Origin: Candidatus Eiseniibacteriota bacterium
GTDB lineage: Bacteria > Eisenbacteria > RBG-16-71-46 > JABDJR01
Assembly: GCA_963783375.1 (NCBI GenBank)
Contig: CAWANH010000028.1
Location: 1,952,001-2,016,000, forward strand
Length of the DNA: 64,000 nt
Reading direction: 5' to 3'
Both the position numbers and the translations under genes were made by a program. Below the pieces are notes generated by a model, which did no database searches, was not told the DNA's origin, and saw only the letters and a list, made by a program, of their open reading frames with translations. This document shows, in pieces, positions 19,073-29,221 of this stretch; position 1 is the stretch's first letter, and each line of letters begins with the position of its first letter.

Positions 19073-22000
19073 CTATCCTCCCGCCGCCGACGGGCCGAGA
19101 ACGATCTCCACCCGGTGCAGGCCGCCGTCCCGGACGAGCGGCACGCGGGCCGCGCCACCACGGATTGGCGCCTCGACCCCGTCCATCTCCGCCGAGACCA
19201 CTCCGCCGTCCGCACCGCCGGAACGGCTCACCGAAACCTCGTAGCGGGTTTCGTCCCCCGGGAGCCGGAACGCGGCCTCGAACCCCGGCCAGTCCCCGGG
19301 GATGCAAGGGGACGCCACCAGGGTGTTTCCGTCCTCGACCCGGAGCCCGAGCACCGATTCCAGGGCCACCCTGAGCATCCAGCCCGACGACCCGGTGTAC
19401 CAGGTCCAACCGCCGCGCCCCACGTGGGGCGGTGCGCCGTAGACGTCGGCTGCGATCACGTAGGGCTCCACCCGGTAGCGCTCAACCGCCTCCGGGGTGA
19501 GGGCGTGGTTCACCGGGTTCAGGAGATCCAGGAACCGGGCGGCGCGGTCGCTTCGCCCCAGCTCCGCCTCGGCCCGGACCACCCAGAGGGCGGCATGGGT
19601 GTACTGGCCACCGTTTTCCCGCACCCCGGGAATATATCCCTTGATATAACCCGGATCCTTCGGGGTGCGGTCGAAGGGCGGGGCGAGGAGGCGGATCAGG
19701 CCGTCGTCCTCCGAGATCAGCTCCCGCTCCACCGCGTCCATGGCCCGGTCCGCCCGCTCCGGGGGGGCCTCGCCGGAGATCACCGCCCAGGCCTGGGCCA
19801 GGGCGTCGATCCGGCACTCGTCGTTCTCCCGGGAGCCCAGGGGTTCGCCGTCGTCGTAGTAGGCCCGCCGGTACCACCCACCGTCCCAGCCCGCGCTCTC
19901 CAGGGCCGCGGCGACCTGCTCCCGGTAGGCGCGGTAGCGCTCGACCCGCGCGGCGTCCCGGCGATCCTCGCAGAAGGGAAGAAAGTCGCCCAGCACCCGG
20001 TGGAGGAAGAACCCCATCCACACGCTCTCCCCCCGCCCTTCGCGCCCCACCCGGTTCATGCCGTCGTTCCAGTCGCCGGTGCCGAAGAGGGGAAGGCCGT
20101 GGGGGCCGCGGGTGAGCGCCCGGTCCAGGGCGCGGCAGCCGTGTTCGTACACGTCGGCGGTCTCCCCCGAGAGCTCCGGGCGAAGGTAGGCTTCGTCCTC
20201 TCCGGGGGCCAGGGTCCGCGCGGTGAGAAAAGGAGCCGGCTCGTCCAGGAGGCTGCGGTCCCCGGTGGTTCGGACGTAATGGGCGGTGAGATAGGGGAGC
20301 CAGACCAGGTCGTCGGCGAAACGGGTGCGGATGCCGCGGCTCCGGGGGGGATGCCACCAGTGAAGGACGTCGCCCTCCACGAACTGGTGCGCGGCCCCGA
20401 GGAGCACCTGGTCGCGAAGCAACTCCGGCCACCACGGGGTGAGGGCGCCGGCGTCCTGGAGCTGGTCCCGGAAGCCGAAGGCCCCGCCGGACTGATAGAA
20501 GGCGGTCCTCCCGCGGATCCGGCAGGCCAGGGTCTGGTAGGCGAGCCATCCGTTCACCATCAGGTCCAGGGCCGGGGAGGGGGTTTCGATCCGGACCCGG
20601 GAGAGTCCCTCGCGCCAGAAGGCGCGGACCCGGTCCAGCTCCGCCCGCGCGGTCCCGATGTCGCCGAAGCGTTCGAGGAGCGCCCGCGTCTCGGCAGCAT
20701 CGCGCCCCTCACCGAGGAGAAAAGCGACCTCGATCTCCGCGTCCGGGGCGAGGTCCAGGCTGAGCTTCCGGGCGAAGCAGGGGTCGAGTCCCGCGCCGGT
20801 CCGCGGTTCCAGATCGCCGCCCACCACCGCGGCGGGCCGGGCGGGATCCCCGCCGGAGCCGAGGAACGCCCGGCGGTCGCCGCTCGCTCGTTCCTCGCGA
20901 ACCGGAGCCGAGGCCGCCGCCGCGTCGAACGCCACCGCGTCCGCCCACGGACCGGCGGCGGGGTTCCGGGCCAGGAGAGCGCGGGAATCCGGGTCGCTTT
21001 CGGTGATCACGAACCGCGCGGTCACCGCGGGCAGCCCGCCCAGGACCAGGCGGCGGTAGGCGAAGAGCGACAAGCGCCGGGGGCGTCCGCTCCGGTTGGC
21101 GATCCGGACCAGGGTGATCTTGACCGGGGCCTCGGCGGCGACGAACACCGAGGTCCGGTGCGCGAGCCCGGCGTGGGAGAGCGAGAAGCGCGACCCCCCG
21201 AACCCGTGCCGGACCTCGTAGGCCGCGGGAGCCGGCGCCGGACCGGGGAGGGGCGACCAGAAGGCCCCGGTATCCTCGTCGCGAACGTAGAACGCCTCGT
21301 CGTGGGGATCGAGGAGCGGATCGTTGGACCAGGGGGTGAGCCGGTGCTCGCGGCTGTTGCCGCTCCAGGTGGTCCCGGCGCCGGTTTCGCTCACCAGGGC
21401 GCCGAAGCGGTCGTTGGCCAGGACGTTGATCCAGGGAAGGGGAGGGAGCCTGAGGGTTCCGTCGTCCCGGGGGGTGAGACGGATCACGTACTCGTCCCCG
21501 TGGGAGCTGAACCCGCCGGTGCCGTTCCAGAAGCGAAGGGCCTCGGGGGATTCCGCCGGGCCGCCGGCTTCCCTCGGGCCGCCGCCTCCCGTCGGGCCGT
21601 CTGCTTCCGCCGGGCCCCCGGCGGGCGGGTCGCCGAACCTGCCGGCGATCTTCGCCGAGTCTCCGGCCGCCGCTTCGGTCCCGTATCCCGGCTCCGCCTT
21701 CAACCGCTCCAACCCCGGCCACGACGCATCCACGATCGCGGCCGCCGCTCGCCGGAGGAGCGCCAGCCGATCGGGAGAGAGCTCTCCGGCCGGGAACCGG
21801 TGAATGCCGACCGGGTCGCCGGGGGCGGGAACCGTCGAGGCCTCGGAGGAGACGATCACCAGATCGATGGGGAGGCCGAGAGCCGCCCAGTACCGGCGGG
21901 CTCGCACCATCTCCTCCACGCGGTCCCCCCGAACCAGGACGAACCGCGCTTGGGGAGAGAGGCCGAATGCGCTGAGAGTGTCCAGATCGAGCGGCCCCGG

Positions 22001-22990
22001 CGGCGACTCGCCCTGTCCGGCGCGGAGCCCGGGATCGCCGGCAAGGTTCCTCGCGGCCAGGGCCTCGAAGCGGTGAGCCTCGGTCGCGGTGAGTCCGCAG
22101 GCCGCGAACCGATCCTCCTCCGCCCGGGCCGCCGCCTCCAGTTCGTCCTCGAACGTCCCGAGCGCATCCACCAGGTCCAGGGTACGGTCGCGATCCTCGG
22201 CCGCACCGAGAAGATAGACCACGGCGCCGGTCCCGCCGGGGGGAAGGTCCACGGAGACCCGAAGGCTCACGATGGGATCGAGCACGCTCCCGGTGGTCCC
22301 GGAGAGCGGCCCCTCGGACACCAGCGCCTCCGGGGCGCGAAGGCTCCGCCCCCGTCCCACGAACCGGACCCGGTCGGTCTCGTGTTCCACCGTCCCCCCG
22401 CCGGCCACCGCGTGGACCAGCCAGGGGTGCCGTTCCCCGTTCTCCCGCGGCCGGCGGCGGACCACCAGCGCCCGGCGATCGGGGACCGCCTCGGTCTGAA
22501 GGAAGAGCTTGGAGAACGCGGGATGGGCGGCATGGGCCGCGGGGAGGTTGAGGACGACTTCGGCGTAGCTCGTGAGCTCGATCCGGCGGGGCCGGCGCGA
22601 GCGATTGGTCAACGTCACCCGCCGGAGTTCGGCGCTCCGGTTCGCTGAGACCAGGACCTCGAGCCGGCAGTCGATCCCGTCGCCGTTCCGGGTGATCTCG
22701 TAGCCCCCGGGAATGCGCCGGGCCCGGTAGCCTTCGGGCGCCCGCCCGGGGGGCCGGAAGCCCGCCGGCCACACCGCTCCCGAGTCCAGATCGCGGAGGT
22801 ACACCATGAGGCCGCCGGCGCCCCCGACCGGGTCCGCGTCTCCGGCGGTCAGGGCCCGGTCCCCGTAGGCCGAGAAACCGGTTCCAGCCGGGGTGAGGAG
22901 CACCCGGTAATCGCCGTTTCCGAGGATGCCCGGAGCCGGGGCCGGTTCTGCCGGGGTCCACGTTCCGGGGAATGAAGCACCACCGTCCAT
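19073..22990 (-). CDS. GH94 glycoside phosphorylase resembling the NdvB/ChvB C-terminal region (probable beta-1,2-oligoglucan phosphorylase)
   Basis: Two GT36/GH94 N-terminal-type modules, then YQSGGAFGFRDQLQD, GTGDWNDGMNRVG, GVRENGGQYTHAA and GRGGWTWYTGS. The start is uncertain (ATG 22990 chosen). Confidence 0.85.
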   Translation of the reverse strand: MDGGASFPGTWTPAEPAPAPGILGNGDYRVLLTPAGTGFSAYGDRALTAGDADPVGGAGGLMVYLRDLDSGAVWPAGFRPPGRAPEGYRARRIPGGYEITRNGDGIDCRLEVLVSANRSAELRRVTLTNRSRRPRRIELTSYAEVVLNLPAAHAAHPAFSKLFLQTEAVPDRRALVVRRRPRENGERHPWLVHAVAGGGTVEHETDRVRFVGRGRSLRAPEALVSEGPLSGTTGSVLDPIVSLRVSVDLPPGGTGAVVYLLGAAEDRDRTLDLVDALGTFEDELEAAARAEEDRFAACGLTATEAHRFEALAARNLAGDPGLRAGQGESPPGPLDLDTLSAFGLSPQARFVLVRGDRVEEMVRARRYWAALGLPIDLVIVSSEASTVPAPGDPVGIHRFPAGELSPDRLALLRRAAAAIVDASWPGLERLKAEPGYGTEAAAGDSAKIAGRFGDPPAGGPAEADGPTGGGGPREAGGPAESPEALRFWNGTGGFSSHGDEYVIRLTPRDDGTLRLPPLPWINVLANDRFGALVSETGAGTTWSGNSREHRLTPWSNDPLLDPHDEAFYVRDEDTGAFWSPLPGPAPAPAAYEVRHGFGGSRFSLSHAGLAHRTSVFVAAEAPVKITLVRIANRSGRPRRLSLFAYRRLVLGGLPAVTARFVITESDPDSRALLARNPAAGPWADAVAFDAAAASAPVREERASGDRRAFLGSGGDPARPAAVVGGDLEPRTGAGLDPCFARKLSLDLAPDAEIEVAFLLGEGRDAAETRALLERFGDIGTARAELDRVRAFWREGLSRVRIETPSPALDLMVNGWLAYQTLACRIRGRTAFYQSGGAFGFRDQLQDAGALTPWWPELLRDQVLLGAAHQFVEGDVLHWWHPPRSRGIRTRFADDLVWLPYLTAHYVRTTGDRSLLDEPAPFLTARTLAPGEDEAYLRPELSGETADVYEHGCRALDRALTRGPHGLPLFGTGDWNDGMNRVGREGRGESVWMGFFLHRVLGDFLPFCEDRRDAARVERYRAYREQVAAALESAGWDGGWYRRAYYDDGEPLGSRENDECRIDALAQAWAVISGEAPPERADRAMDAVERELISEDDGLIRLLAPPFDRTPKDPGYIKGYIPGVRENGGQYTHAALWVVRAEAELGRSDRAARFLDLLNPVNHALTPEAVERYRVEPYVIAADVYGAPPHVGRGGWTWYTGSSGWMLRVALESVLGLRVEDGNTLVASPCIPGDWPGFEAAFRLPGDETRYEVSVSRSGGADGGVVSAEMDGVEAPIRGGAARVPLVRDGGLHRVEIVLGPSAAGG

Positions 22991-23133
22991 GCGTGGCAAC
23001 TGTACTCGGGCGGGAGACGGTTTGGAAGCGCCATGACCCGGGAACCGGGAACCCGGCCCGTCCCGGAGGCTCCCGCGGACTCCGCTTCCGCTCTCGAGCC
23101 GGCGCCCTTTTCTCCCCCGGACCGATCCCGCCC

Positions 23134-23169
23134 TTGACAGCGAGGTGGTGTCTATGTAACCGTTTACAT
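23134..23169 (+). promoter_or_regulatory. Sigma-70 -35 box with an overlapping LacI-type operator
   Basis: TTGACA at 23134-23139 and the near-palindrome ATGTAACCGTTTACAT at 23154-23169, between the divergent GH94 and lacI genes. Confidence 0.7.
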
Positions 23170-23259
23170 CGTCTCGCAACGTCCTGCCGACTGTGCGTCC
23201 CGACCGGGGCGCATCCGGAGTATCCGGGGGGGGGCCCGGCTCCAGAACGAGGAGTCGTC

Positions 23260-24504
23260 GTGGTAACGATCCGGGATGTGGCCCGGGCCGCTGGCGTGTC
23301 CATCGCCACCGTGTCCCGCGTCCTGAACGGCAGTTCCAAGGTCAACGCCGACACCCGCCGCCGTGTCCATGAGGCGGCGGCCAAGTTGGACTATTGGCCG
23401 AACGGCGCCGCCCGGAGCCTCACCTCCAGCCGGACCCACACCCTGGGCATTCTCCTCCCCGACCTCTTCGGGGAATTCTTCTCCGAGGTCATCCGCGGCA
23501 TCGACCACGCCGCGCGGCGGGAGAAGCTCCAGGTCCTGGTCTCGGGCTCCCACGCCGACACCGAGGCCATGCTCACCGCCGCGCGATCCATGCGCGGCCG
23601 CATCGACGGGCTCATCGCCATGGCCCCCGAAAAGGGTTCCGGCGAAGCCATCGAGCGCATCGCCCGGCAGTTTCCGCTCGTCCTCATGAGCCCCCGGGTC
23701 GCGCTCCCCGGGGTGAGTTCGATCTCCATCGCCAACTACGAAGGGGCCTACGCCCTGGTGGACCATCTCCTGGGGATCGGGCACACGGAGATCGCCATGC
23801 TGAAGGGCCCGCCGGGGAACGTGGACGCCGAGGAGCGTCTCCGGGGCTACCGGGAAGCGATGCATCGGCCCGATCTCGGCTCCCGCGCCGACCTGGAGAT
23901 CGCGGGCGACTTTACCGAGTCCTCGGGATATCAGGCCGCCTTCGAAATACTCCGGCGCCGTCCCCACCCCACCGCCCTCTTCGCCGCCAACGACAACATG
24001 GCCCTTGGATTTCTGAGCGCGATGAGCGACCTCGGGGTCGAAGTTCCTCACGAGATGGCGGTTACCGGTTTCGACGACATTGCCATCGCCCAGTACCTGA
24101 AACCCCCGCTCACCACGGTCCGGGTGGACGCCTACGCCTTTGGCGAGCGCGCGGTCGAACTGTGGAGCGCCGCCACCAGGGTCGAATCCCCCAAAACCGA
24201 ACTTCGGGAGGTCATCCCTGCTACTCTGGTGGTGCGGGACTCGTGCGGGAGCGGAAACGCGGAATCGAGAGGGGGAAACGGGCGCCGGGGATCGTCGGCG
24301 AAGTCCGCCCTGGTCCGAAACGGCGGCCGGGGGATGGAGGCGACCTCCGTTCGCAAACGCTCGGTGCTGCTTCGCTCGGATGGTCGTCGCGTCGACGGGA
24401 ACCGGGATGCGGCCGGGCGGGCCGGAGGCCTCGAGGCCGCGGCCCAGGACGCCCTCACCCCGGTCAAGGCCCGGACCAACCGGCGGCGCGGAAACGGAGA
24501 CTGA
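23260..24504 (+). CDS. LacI-family transcriptional regulator
   Basis: GTG start after a GAGGAG RBS; VTIRDVARAAGVSIATVSRVLN HTH; sugar-binding domain (GFDDI...PPLTTV); unusually long low-complexity C-terminal tail. Confidence 0.92.
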   Translation: MVTIRDVARAAGVSIATVSRVLNGSSKVNADTRRRVHEAAAKLDYWPNGAARSLTSSRTHTLGILLPDLFGEFFSEVIRGIDHAARREKLQVLVSGSHADTEAMLTAARSMRGRIDGLIAMAPEKGSGEAIERIARQFPLVLMSPRVALPGVSSISIANYEGAYALVDHLLGIGHTEIAMLKGPPGNVDAEERLRGYREAMHRPDLGSRADLEIAGDFTESSGYQAAFEILRRRPHPTALFAANDNMALGFLSAMSDLGVEVPHEMAVTGFDDIAIAQYLKPPLTTVRVDAYAFGERAVELWSAATRVESPKTELREVIPATLVVRDSCGSGNAESRGGNGRRGSSAKSALVRNGGRGMEATSVRKRSVLLRSDGRRVDGNRDAAGRAGGLEAAAQDALTPVKARTNRRRGNGD

Positions 24505-24578
24505 TTGGACATGAACCCGGCAGGATCGCTCGCGTCATTGCACCATGAAGGAACGCCTATCAAGCAGGAGATCCAACC

Positions 24579-26471
24579 ATGAAGCGCGGACTGATACCCA
24601 TCATGCTCTTCGCCCTGGCGGTGGCCGGAACGGCCCCCGCCTTCGCCCAAGCTCCGCGACAGGACATCATTTGGGCCAGGCAAACCACCTCTGCCATCAC
24701 CCTGGACGGTAAGCTCGACGAAGCGGACTGGGCCAAGGCGGAGTCCACCATCGTGGTCTTCGGGACGGACAACGGCGTCCCGGGAAGCGGTTGGAAGATC
24801 GAGGGAGGCACCCTCCCCAACGACACCACCTACGCGGTGCTCAAGCTACTGGTCAAGGACAACCAGCTCTATCTGGGAGCGCAGATAAAGGACCGGTCGA
24901 TCGGTGGGTCCAAGGACTTCAACCGCTTCGACGGCCTCCTCATGAACATCCCGGACCACTCGATCGCCACCGCCCCCAAGCCGCCGACGGAGTACCTGTA
25001 CTCCTGGTGGTATCCCAATGAGGACAGCACCGGCGCGCCGGGCCAGCTCCCGAGCTTCAAGGGATCCTGGGCCCCGGACAGCGTGGGCGCCCCACGGGAC
25101 TCCACCCAGATCGCCAACTGGGACGCCGTCACCATCGTGCACGGCCTCTCCAATTCCGACGCGGTTCCCGACACCGGCTACACCGTGGAAATGCGCTTCA
25201 ACCTCACCCCCATGGGCTACGACGTCATGCAGCCCGGCGGGGGCATCATCGAGTGGAGCGTTTCCGTCTACGACTGCGACTGGCTGTGGCCGCTCGACGT
25301 GTTCCACCTGAGCTACAACCGGGTGTGGTGGCAGAACCCGTGGGGAAACACCTACTGGTACGATCTCGTCCACGTCTTCTCGCGTCCGAGCGTGACGGTG
25401 AACTCCGGAGCGGTGCCCTACGTGGGACCGGAATACTACGTCCCGGACGGAAACGCCTATGCCGCGCCCACCGTCGACGGCCAGCTGGACGAACCCATCT
25501 GGAGCCAGATCCAGGGCTTCGACATCCGGTACGACGACGACCCCCTGCGCCAGACCTATCCGGGCATCGGACCCTACCGGTCCGGCCAGTACCAGGCCCC
25601 GGTGAACGGCCGCACCGACGCGGTGCTCGATCCGGGCGACGCCACGGTCAAGATGTTCTTCCAGGACAGCACGCTCTACATGGGCTTCGACGTGCGGGAC
25701 CAGGCGGTGCAGTACGTCTCCAACTTCGATCGTTGGGACGGCATCCTCCTCACCTTGAACGACCGGACGCTCCGGAATGCGGACAACGTGCTTTTGCCCC
25801 GCCGGCTGTCGTTCCAGGTGGGGGCGAGCGGGAACGCCGTGCCCTCGGACTATCTGGCCACCCTGGTGAACGAGGGAGGCGCGGAGGTGGCGATACACCT
25901 CAACGCGGGGACCACGGTTGACACGCTGGGGGCGTCGGCGGACAACGGGTACACCGCGGAACTCAAGATCCACCTCACGCGATTGGGCTATCCCCCCGAC
26001 CTGGGGGACGGCTCCCTGTTCATCGGGATGTGCCTGCTCGACGGCGACACGTTCAACTCCCTCAGCATCGCCACCGGAACCCGGACCTGGTGGTTCCGGC
26101 AGTACGAAGGCGACTGCTGCGCGGCCTGGGCCTACCTGGCCTCGGGCACGTCGGTCACCGGGGTGGAGAACCCTCCCATTCCGGTCACCCAGCGCTATAC
26201 CCTGATGGGCAGCTTCCCGAACCCGGCTTCCCGCACCACGATCCAGTATTCGCTGGGCGCGCCGAGTGAGGTGAACCTGGAGATCTTCGATGTCTCCGGC
26301 CGCCTGGTCACCAGCCGGGACCTGGGCGTCCAGGAGGCGGGCGTGCGGAACGCGGCTTATGACGGGAGCGGACGGGCCGCGGGCGTGTACCTGTACCGCC
26401 TCAAGGTTTCCGATCCCGCCACCGGATCGTTGCGGGCCGTGCTTCACGGCCGCATGGTCCTCACCCGGTAA
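24579..26471 (+). CDS. Secreted protein with two CBM9/DOMON-like sugar-binding domains and a T9SS-type/FlgD-like C-terminal domain
   Basis: Signal peptide; two repeats starting ITLDGKLDEADW and PTVDGQLDEPIW, with GYTVEMRF and GYTAELKI; CTD FPNP...IFDVSGRLV...AAGVYLYRL. Confidence 0.7.
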   Translation: MKRGLIPIMLFALAVAGTAPAFAQAPRQDIIWARQTTSAITLDGKLDEADWAKAESTIVVFGTDNGVPGSGWKIEGGTLPNDTTYAVLKLLVKDNQLYLGAQIKDRSIGGSKDFNRFDGLLMNIPDHSIATAPKPPTEYLYSWWYPNEDSTGAPGQLPSFKGSWAPDSVGAPRDSTQIANWDAVTIVHGLSNSDAVPDTGYTVEMRFNLTPMGYDVMQPGGGIIEWSVSVYDCDWLWPLDVFHLSYNRVWWQNPWGNTYWYDLVHVFSRPSVTVNSGAVPYVGPEYYVPDGNAYAAPTVDGQLDEPIWSQIQGFDIRYDDDPLRQTYPGIGPYRSGQYQAPVNGRTDAVLDPGDATVKMFFQDSTLYMGFDVRDQAVQYVSNFDRWDGILLTLNDRTLRNADNVLLPRRLSFQVGASGNAVPSDYLATLVNEGGAEVAIHLNAGTTVDTLGASADNGYTAELKIHLTRLGYPPDLGDGSLFIGMCLLDGDTFNSLSIATGTRTWWFRQYEGDCCAAWAYLASGTSVTGVENPPIPVTQRYTLMGSFPNPASRTTIQYSLGAPSEVNLEIFDVSGRLVTSRDLGVQEAGVRNAAYDGSGRAAGVYLYRLKVSDPATGSLRAVLHGRMVLTR

Positions 26472-26554
26472 CCCCCCCGGCGGATCGGGCGGGACGAGGC
26501 CTCCGCGCCCCGCCCCGTCCGGTCGCCGGGATTCATCGAAGCAAAGGAGACGCG

Positions 26555-29221
26555 GTGGCAGGCCACAGGAGCCGGACGGCGGTGGGGATGGCCGTCCTCG
26601 GAATCGGGATGCTGTGCGTGGTGGCGGCGGCCATGGCGGGCACCACCGGCAAGATCGCCGGGACGGTGACCGACCAGGACGGGAAACCGGTGGTGGCGGC
26701 GACGATCAAGGTCGTCGACCAGCCGATGGGCGCCTACGCGGATCAGAACGGCCAGTTCACGATCCTGAACGTTTCGCCGGGGACCTACGAGGTGAGCATC
26801 GGCCGCCTGGGTTACCGGACCACGGTGGTCAACAACGTCGCGGTGTCGGCGGACAACACCACCCGCCTCGACGTGACCATCAAGGAGGCGGCGGTGAAGA
26901 CCGAGGAGGTCGTGGTCACCGCAAAGCGGCCCATGGTGGACGTGAACCTCACCAGCACCCGGGCCACCCTCTCCAGCAAGGAGATCGAGAACCTCCCGGT
27001 CCAGGAGCTCGAAGACGTGGTGAACCTCCAGGCCGGTGTGGTGAACGGCCATTTCCGCGGCGGCCGAATCGGCGAGGTGCAGTACCAGGTGGACGGCGTG
27101 AGCGTGAACAACGCCTTCAACAACACCTCGGCGGTGCGGGTGGATCGCTCCCTGCTCCAGGAGGTCCAGGTGATCAGCGGGACCTTCGACGCGGAGTACG
27201 GCCAGGCCATGAGCGGGGTGGTCAACGCCGTGCTCAAGACGGGGACCAGCAAGTTCCAGTGGGGCGGGGAGGCCTTCACCGGCGGCTACGTCTACCCCGG
27301 GGACGGCAGCGCCCGCCTCATGTCGGACAAGGTGCATCCCTTCGCCCTCCAGAACTACCAGATCAACCTGAGCGGACCCCTTCCCCTCGGGAAGACCGTG
27401 TATCTCCTGAGCGGCCGGCGCTCCCTCTCCGACAGCTGGGTGTACGGTGAGCGGCGGTTCGTCCCCACCGACTCCTCGGACTTCGAGAACAAGGTGTTCA
27501 ATCCCACCGGGGATCGGAAGCGCGTCCCCCTGGGCTACTCCCGGGAATGGTCGGGGGTGGTGAAGATCACCAACACCTCCATCGCCAACACCAAGCTCAA
27601 CTACCAGGCGCTCCTGAACCGCGTGGACGGACGCCAGGACGATTGGGCCTATCGCCTGAATCCCGACGGTCTCTCCAAGCAGTGGACGTTCGCCATCTCC
27701 CACGGCCTGGACATCAACCACACCCTGGGGAAGGCGTCCTTCGTGAACCTGGCCTTCCGGCAGAACTACCTGCACTACAAGGACCGCGTCTACGACAACG
27801 TCTACGACGCGCGGTACGACTCGGCCGGGGCGCCGACCGGCGACCCGACCTACGATATGGGGGCCTTCGTGCAGGGGGTCTCGTTCACGCGCTTCGAGCA
27901 GGAGACCAACACGCGATTGTTCGACGGCTCCCTGGTGAGCCAGGTGACCCCCGAGCACCAGGTGAAGGCCGGGCTGGAGCTGCAGTTCCCCAAGGTCCGC
28001 TTTGGATCTCCGGGTTCCCTCACCTACACCACGGTCAACGGCGTTCTGACCCTGGTCCGGCACGAGAACGACCCGCCCGACTATCCGGGGGTGGAGGAGT
28101 ACAATCCGGTCTTCGGAGCCACCTACCTCCAGGACCAGATGGAGCTGAAGGATCTCACGGTGCGGGCAGGGGTCCGCCTCGAGTACTTCGACGCGCGCTC
28201 CACCGTCCCCAGCGACCTGGCCAACCCGGCCAACGCCATCGCCGGGGCGCCGGAGTCGCACCAGAAGGGCACCACCGTCAAGACCAGCCTGGCCCCGCGA
28301 TTGGGGGTGGCCTATCCCATCACCGATCGGGCGGCCATCCATTTCGCCTACGGGCACTTCTACCAGTTCCCGGCCATCGGACAGATCTTCTCGAATTCGG
28401 ACTACCGGGTGCTGGCCAACATCCAGGCCGGGGGGATCAGCTACGGGGTGCTGGGGAATCCGGACGTGAAGCCCGAGAGAACGGTGCAGTACGAGTTCGG
28501 GTACAAGCACGCGCTGACCGAGGACCTGGGGCTGGACGTCACCGCGTTCTACAAGGACGTTCGGGATCTCCTGGGGGTGGAGTTCGTCTCGACCTACAAC
28601 GGGGCCGAGTACGCGCGGCTGGCCAACGCCGACTTCGGAAACGTGGTGGGGCTCACCCTCTCCCTGGACGATCGCAAGCTCGGGCCGGTCTCGTTCACCA
28701 TGGACTACACCTGGCAGCTCGCGACCGGGAACTCCAGCGACCCCCGGGAGACCGCGACCCGGGCGGCGGCGGGGGAGGACCCCCGGCCGCGGATCGTTCC
28801 GTTCAACTGGGACCAGCGGCATACCTTCAACATGACGGTGTCCATGAACCGGTCCGGCGACTACACCGCCAGCGCGGTGCTCCGGTTGGCCAGCGGCCAG
28901 CCGTACACCCCGGTCATCACCTCCGGTTTCGGGCACGGACTCGAAGACAACTCCGGGCGGAAGCCGGCGGGAATGCTCCTGGATTTCCGGGGGGAGAAGT
29001 TCCTGGGATTCGGCCACCCCCAGGTCAGCGTGTTCGGACGGGTGTTCAACGCCTTCGACACCCGGTACTTCAACAACTCGGTCTTCCCCAGCACGGGGAG
29101 CCCGTACTACTCGCGATTCCCCAGATCGGACGAGAACGCCCTCGCCAATCCCACGCGCTTCTACGAACCGAGGCGATTCGAGATGGGGATCACGGTGAGG
29201 CCGGGAGGCGGGAACTCATGA
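26555..29221 (+). CDS. TonB-dependent receptor with an N-terminal carboxypeptidase-regulatory-like domain
   Basis: GTTGKIAGTVTD N-domain, plug (HFRGGR...YQVDGV...GTFDAEYGQAMSGVVN), LGNPDVKPERTVQYE and a C-terminal beta-strand (PRRFEMGITV). Confidence 0.88.
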   Translation: MAGHRSRTAVGMAVLGIGMLCVVAAAMAGTTGKIAGTVTDQDGKPVVAATIKVVDQPMGAYADQNGQFTILNVSPGTYEVSIGRLGYRTTVVNNVAVSADNTTRLDVTIKEAAVKTEEVVVTAKRPMVDVNLTSTRATLSSKEIENLPVQELEDVVNLQAGVVNGHFRGGRIGEVQYQVDGVSVNNAFNNTSAVRVDRSLLQEVQVISGTFDAEYGQAMSGVVNAVLKTGTSKFQWGGEAFTGGYVYPGDGSARLMSDKVHPFALQNYQINLSGPLPLGKTVYLLSGRRSLSDSWVYGERRFVPTDSSDFENKVFNPTGDRKRVPLGYSREWSGVVKITNTSIANTKLNYQALLNRVDGRQDDWAYRLNPDGLSKQWTFAISHGLDINHTLGKASFVNLAFRQNYLHYKDRVYDNVYDARYDSAGAPTGDPTYDMGAFVQGVSFTRFEQETNTRLFDGSLVSQVTPEHQVKAGLELQFPKVRFGSPGSLTYTTVNGVLTLVRHENDPPDYPGVEEYNPVFGATYLQDQMELKDLTVRAGVRLEYFDARSTVPSDLANPANAIAGAPESHQKGTTVKTSLAPRLGVAYPITDRAAIHFAYGHFYQFPAIGQIFSNSDYRVLANIQAGGISYGVLGNPDVKPERTVQYEFGYKHALTEDLGLDVTAFYKDVRDLLGVEFVSTYNGAEYARLANADFGNVVGLTLSLDDRKLGPVSFTMDYTWQLATGNSSDPRETATRAAAGEDPRPRIVPFNWDQRHTFNMTVSMNRSGDYTASAVLRLASGQPYTPVITSGFGHGLEDNSGRKPAGMLLDFRGEKFLGFGHPQVSVFGRVFNAFDTRYFNNSVFPSTGSPYYSRFPRSDENALANPTRFYEPRRFEMGITVRPGGGNS

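Noticed and set aside
12996-22648. Very long antisense or alternative-frame ORFs (e.g. 12996-16655, 18986-22648, and similar ones across the window)
   Set aside because: These Arg/Gly/Pro-rich translations have no motifs and overlap well-supported genes; they are expected at this GC content.
24250-24504. Extra C-terminal domain on LacI
   Set aside because: Low-complexity Arg/Gly-rich tail with no recognisable fold; it may reflect a lost stop codon or another indel.
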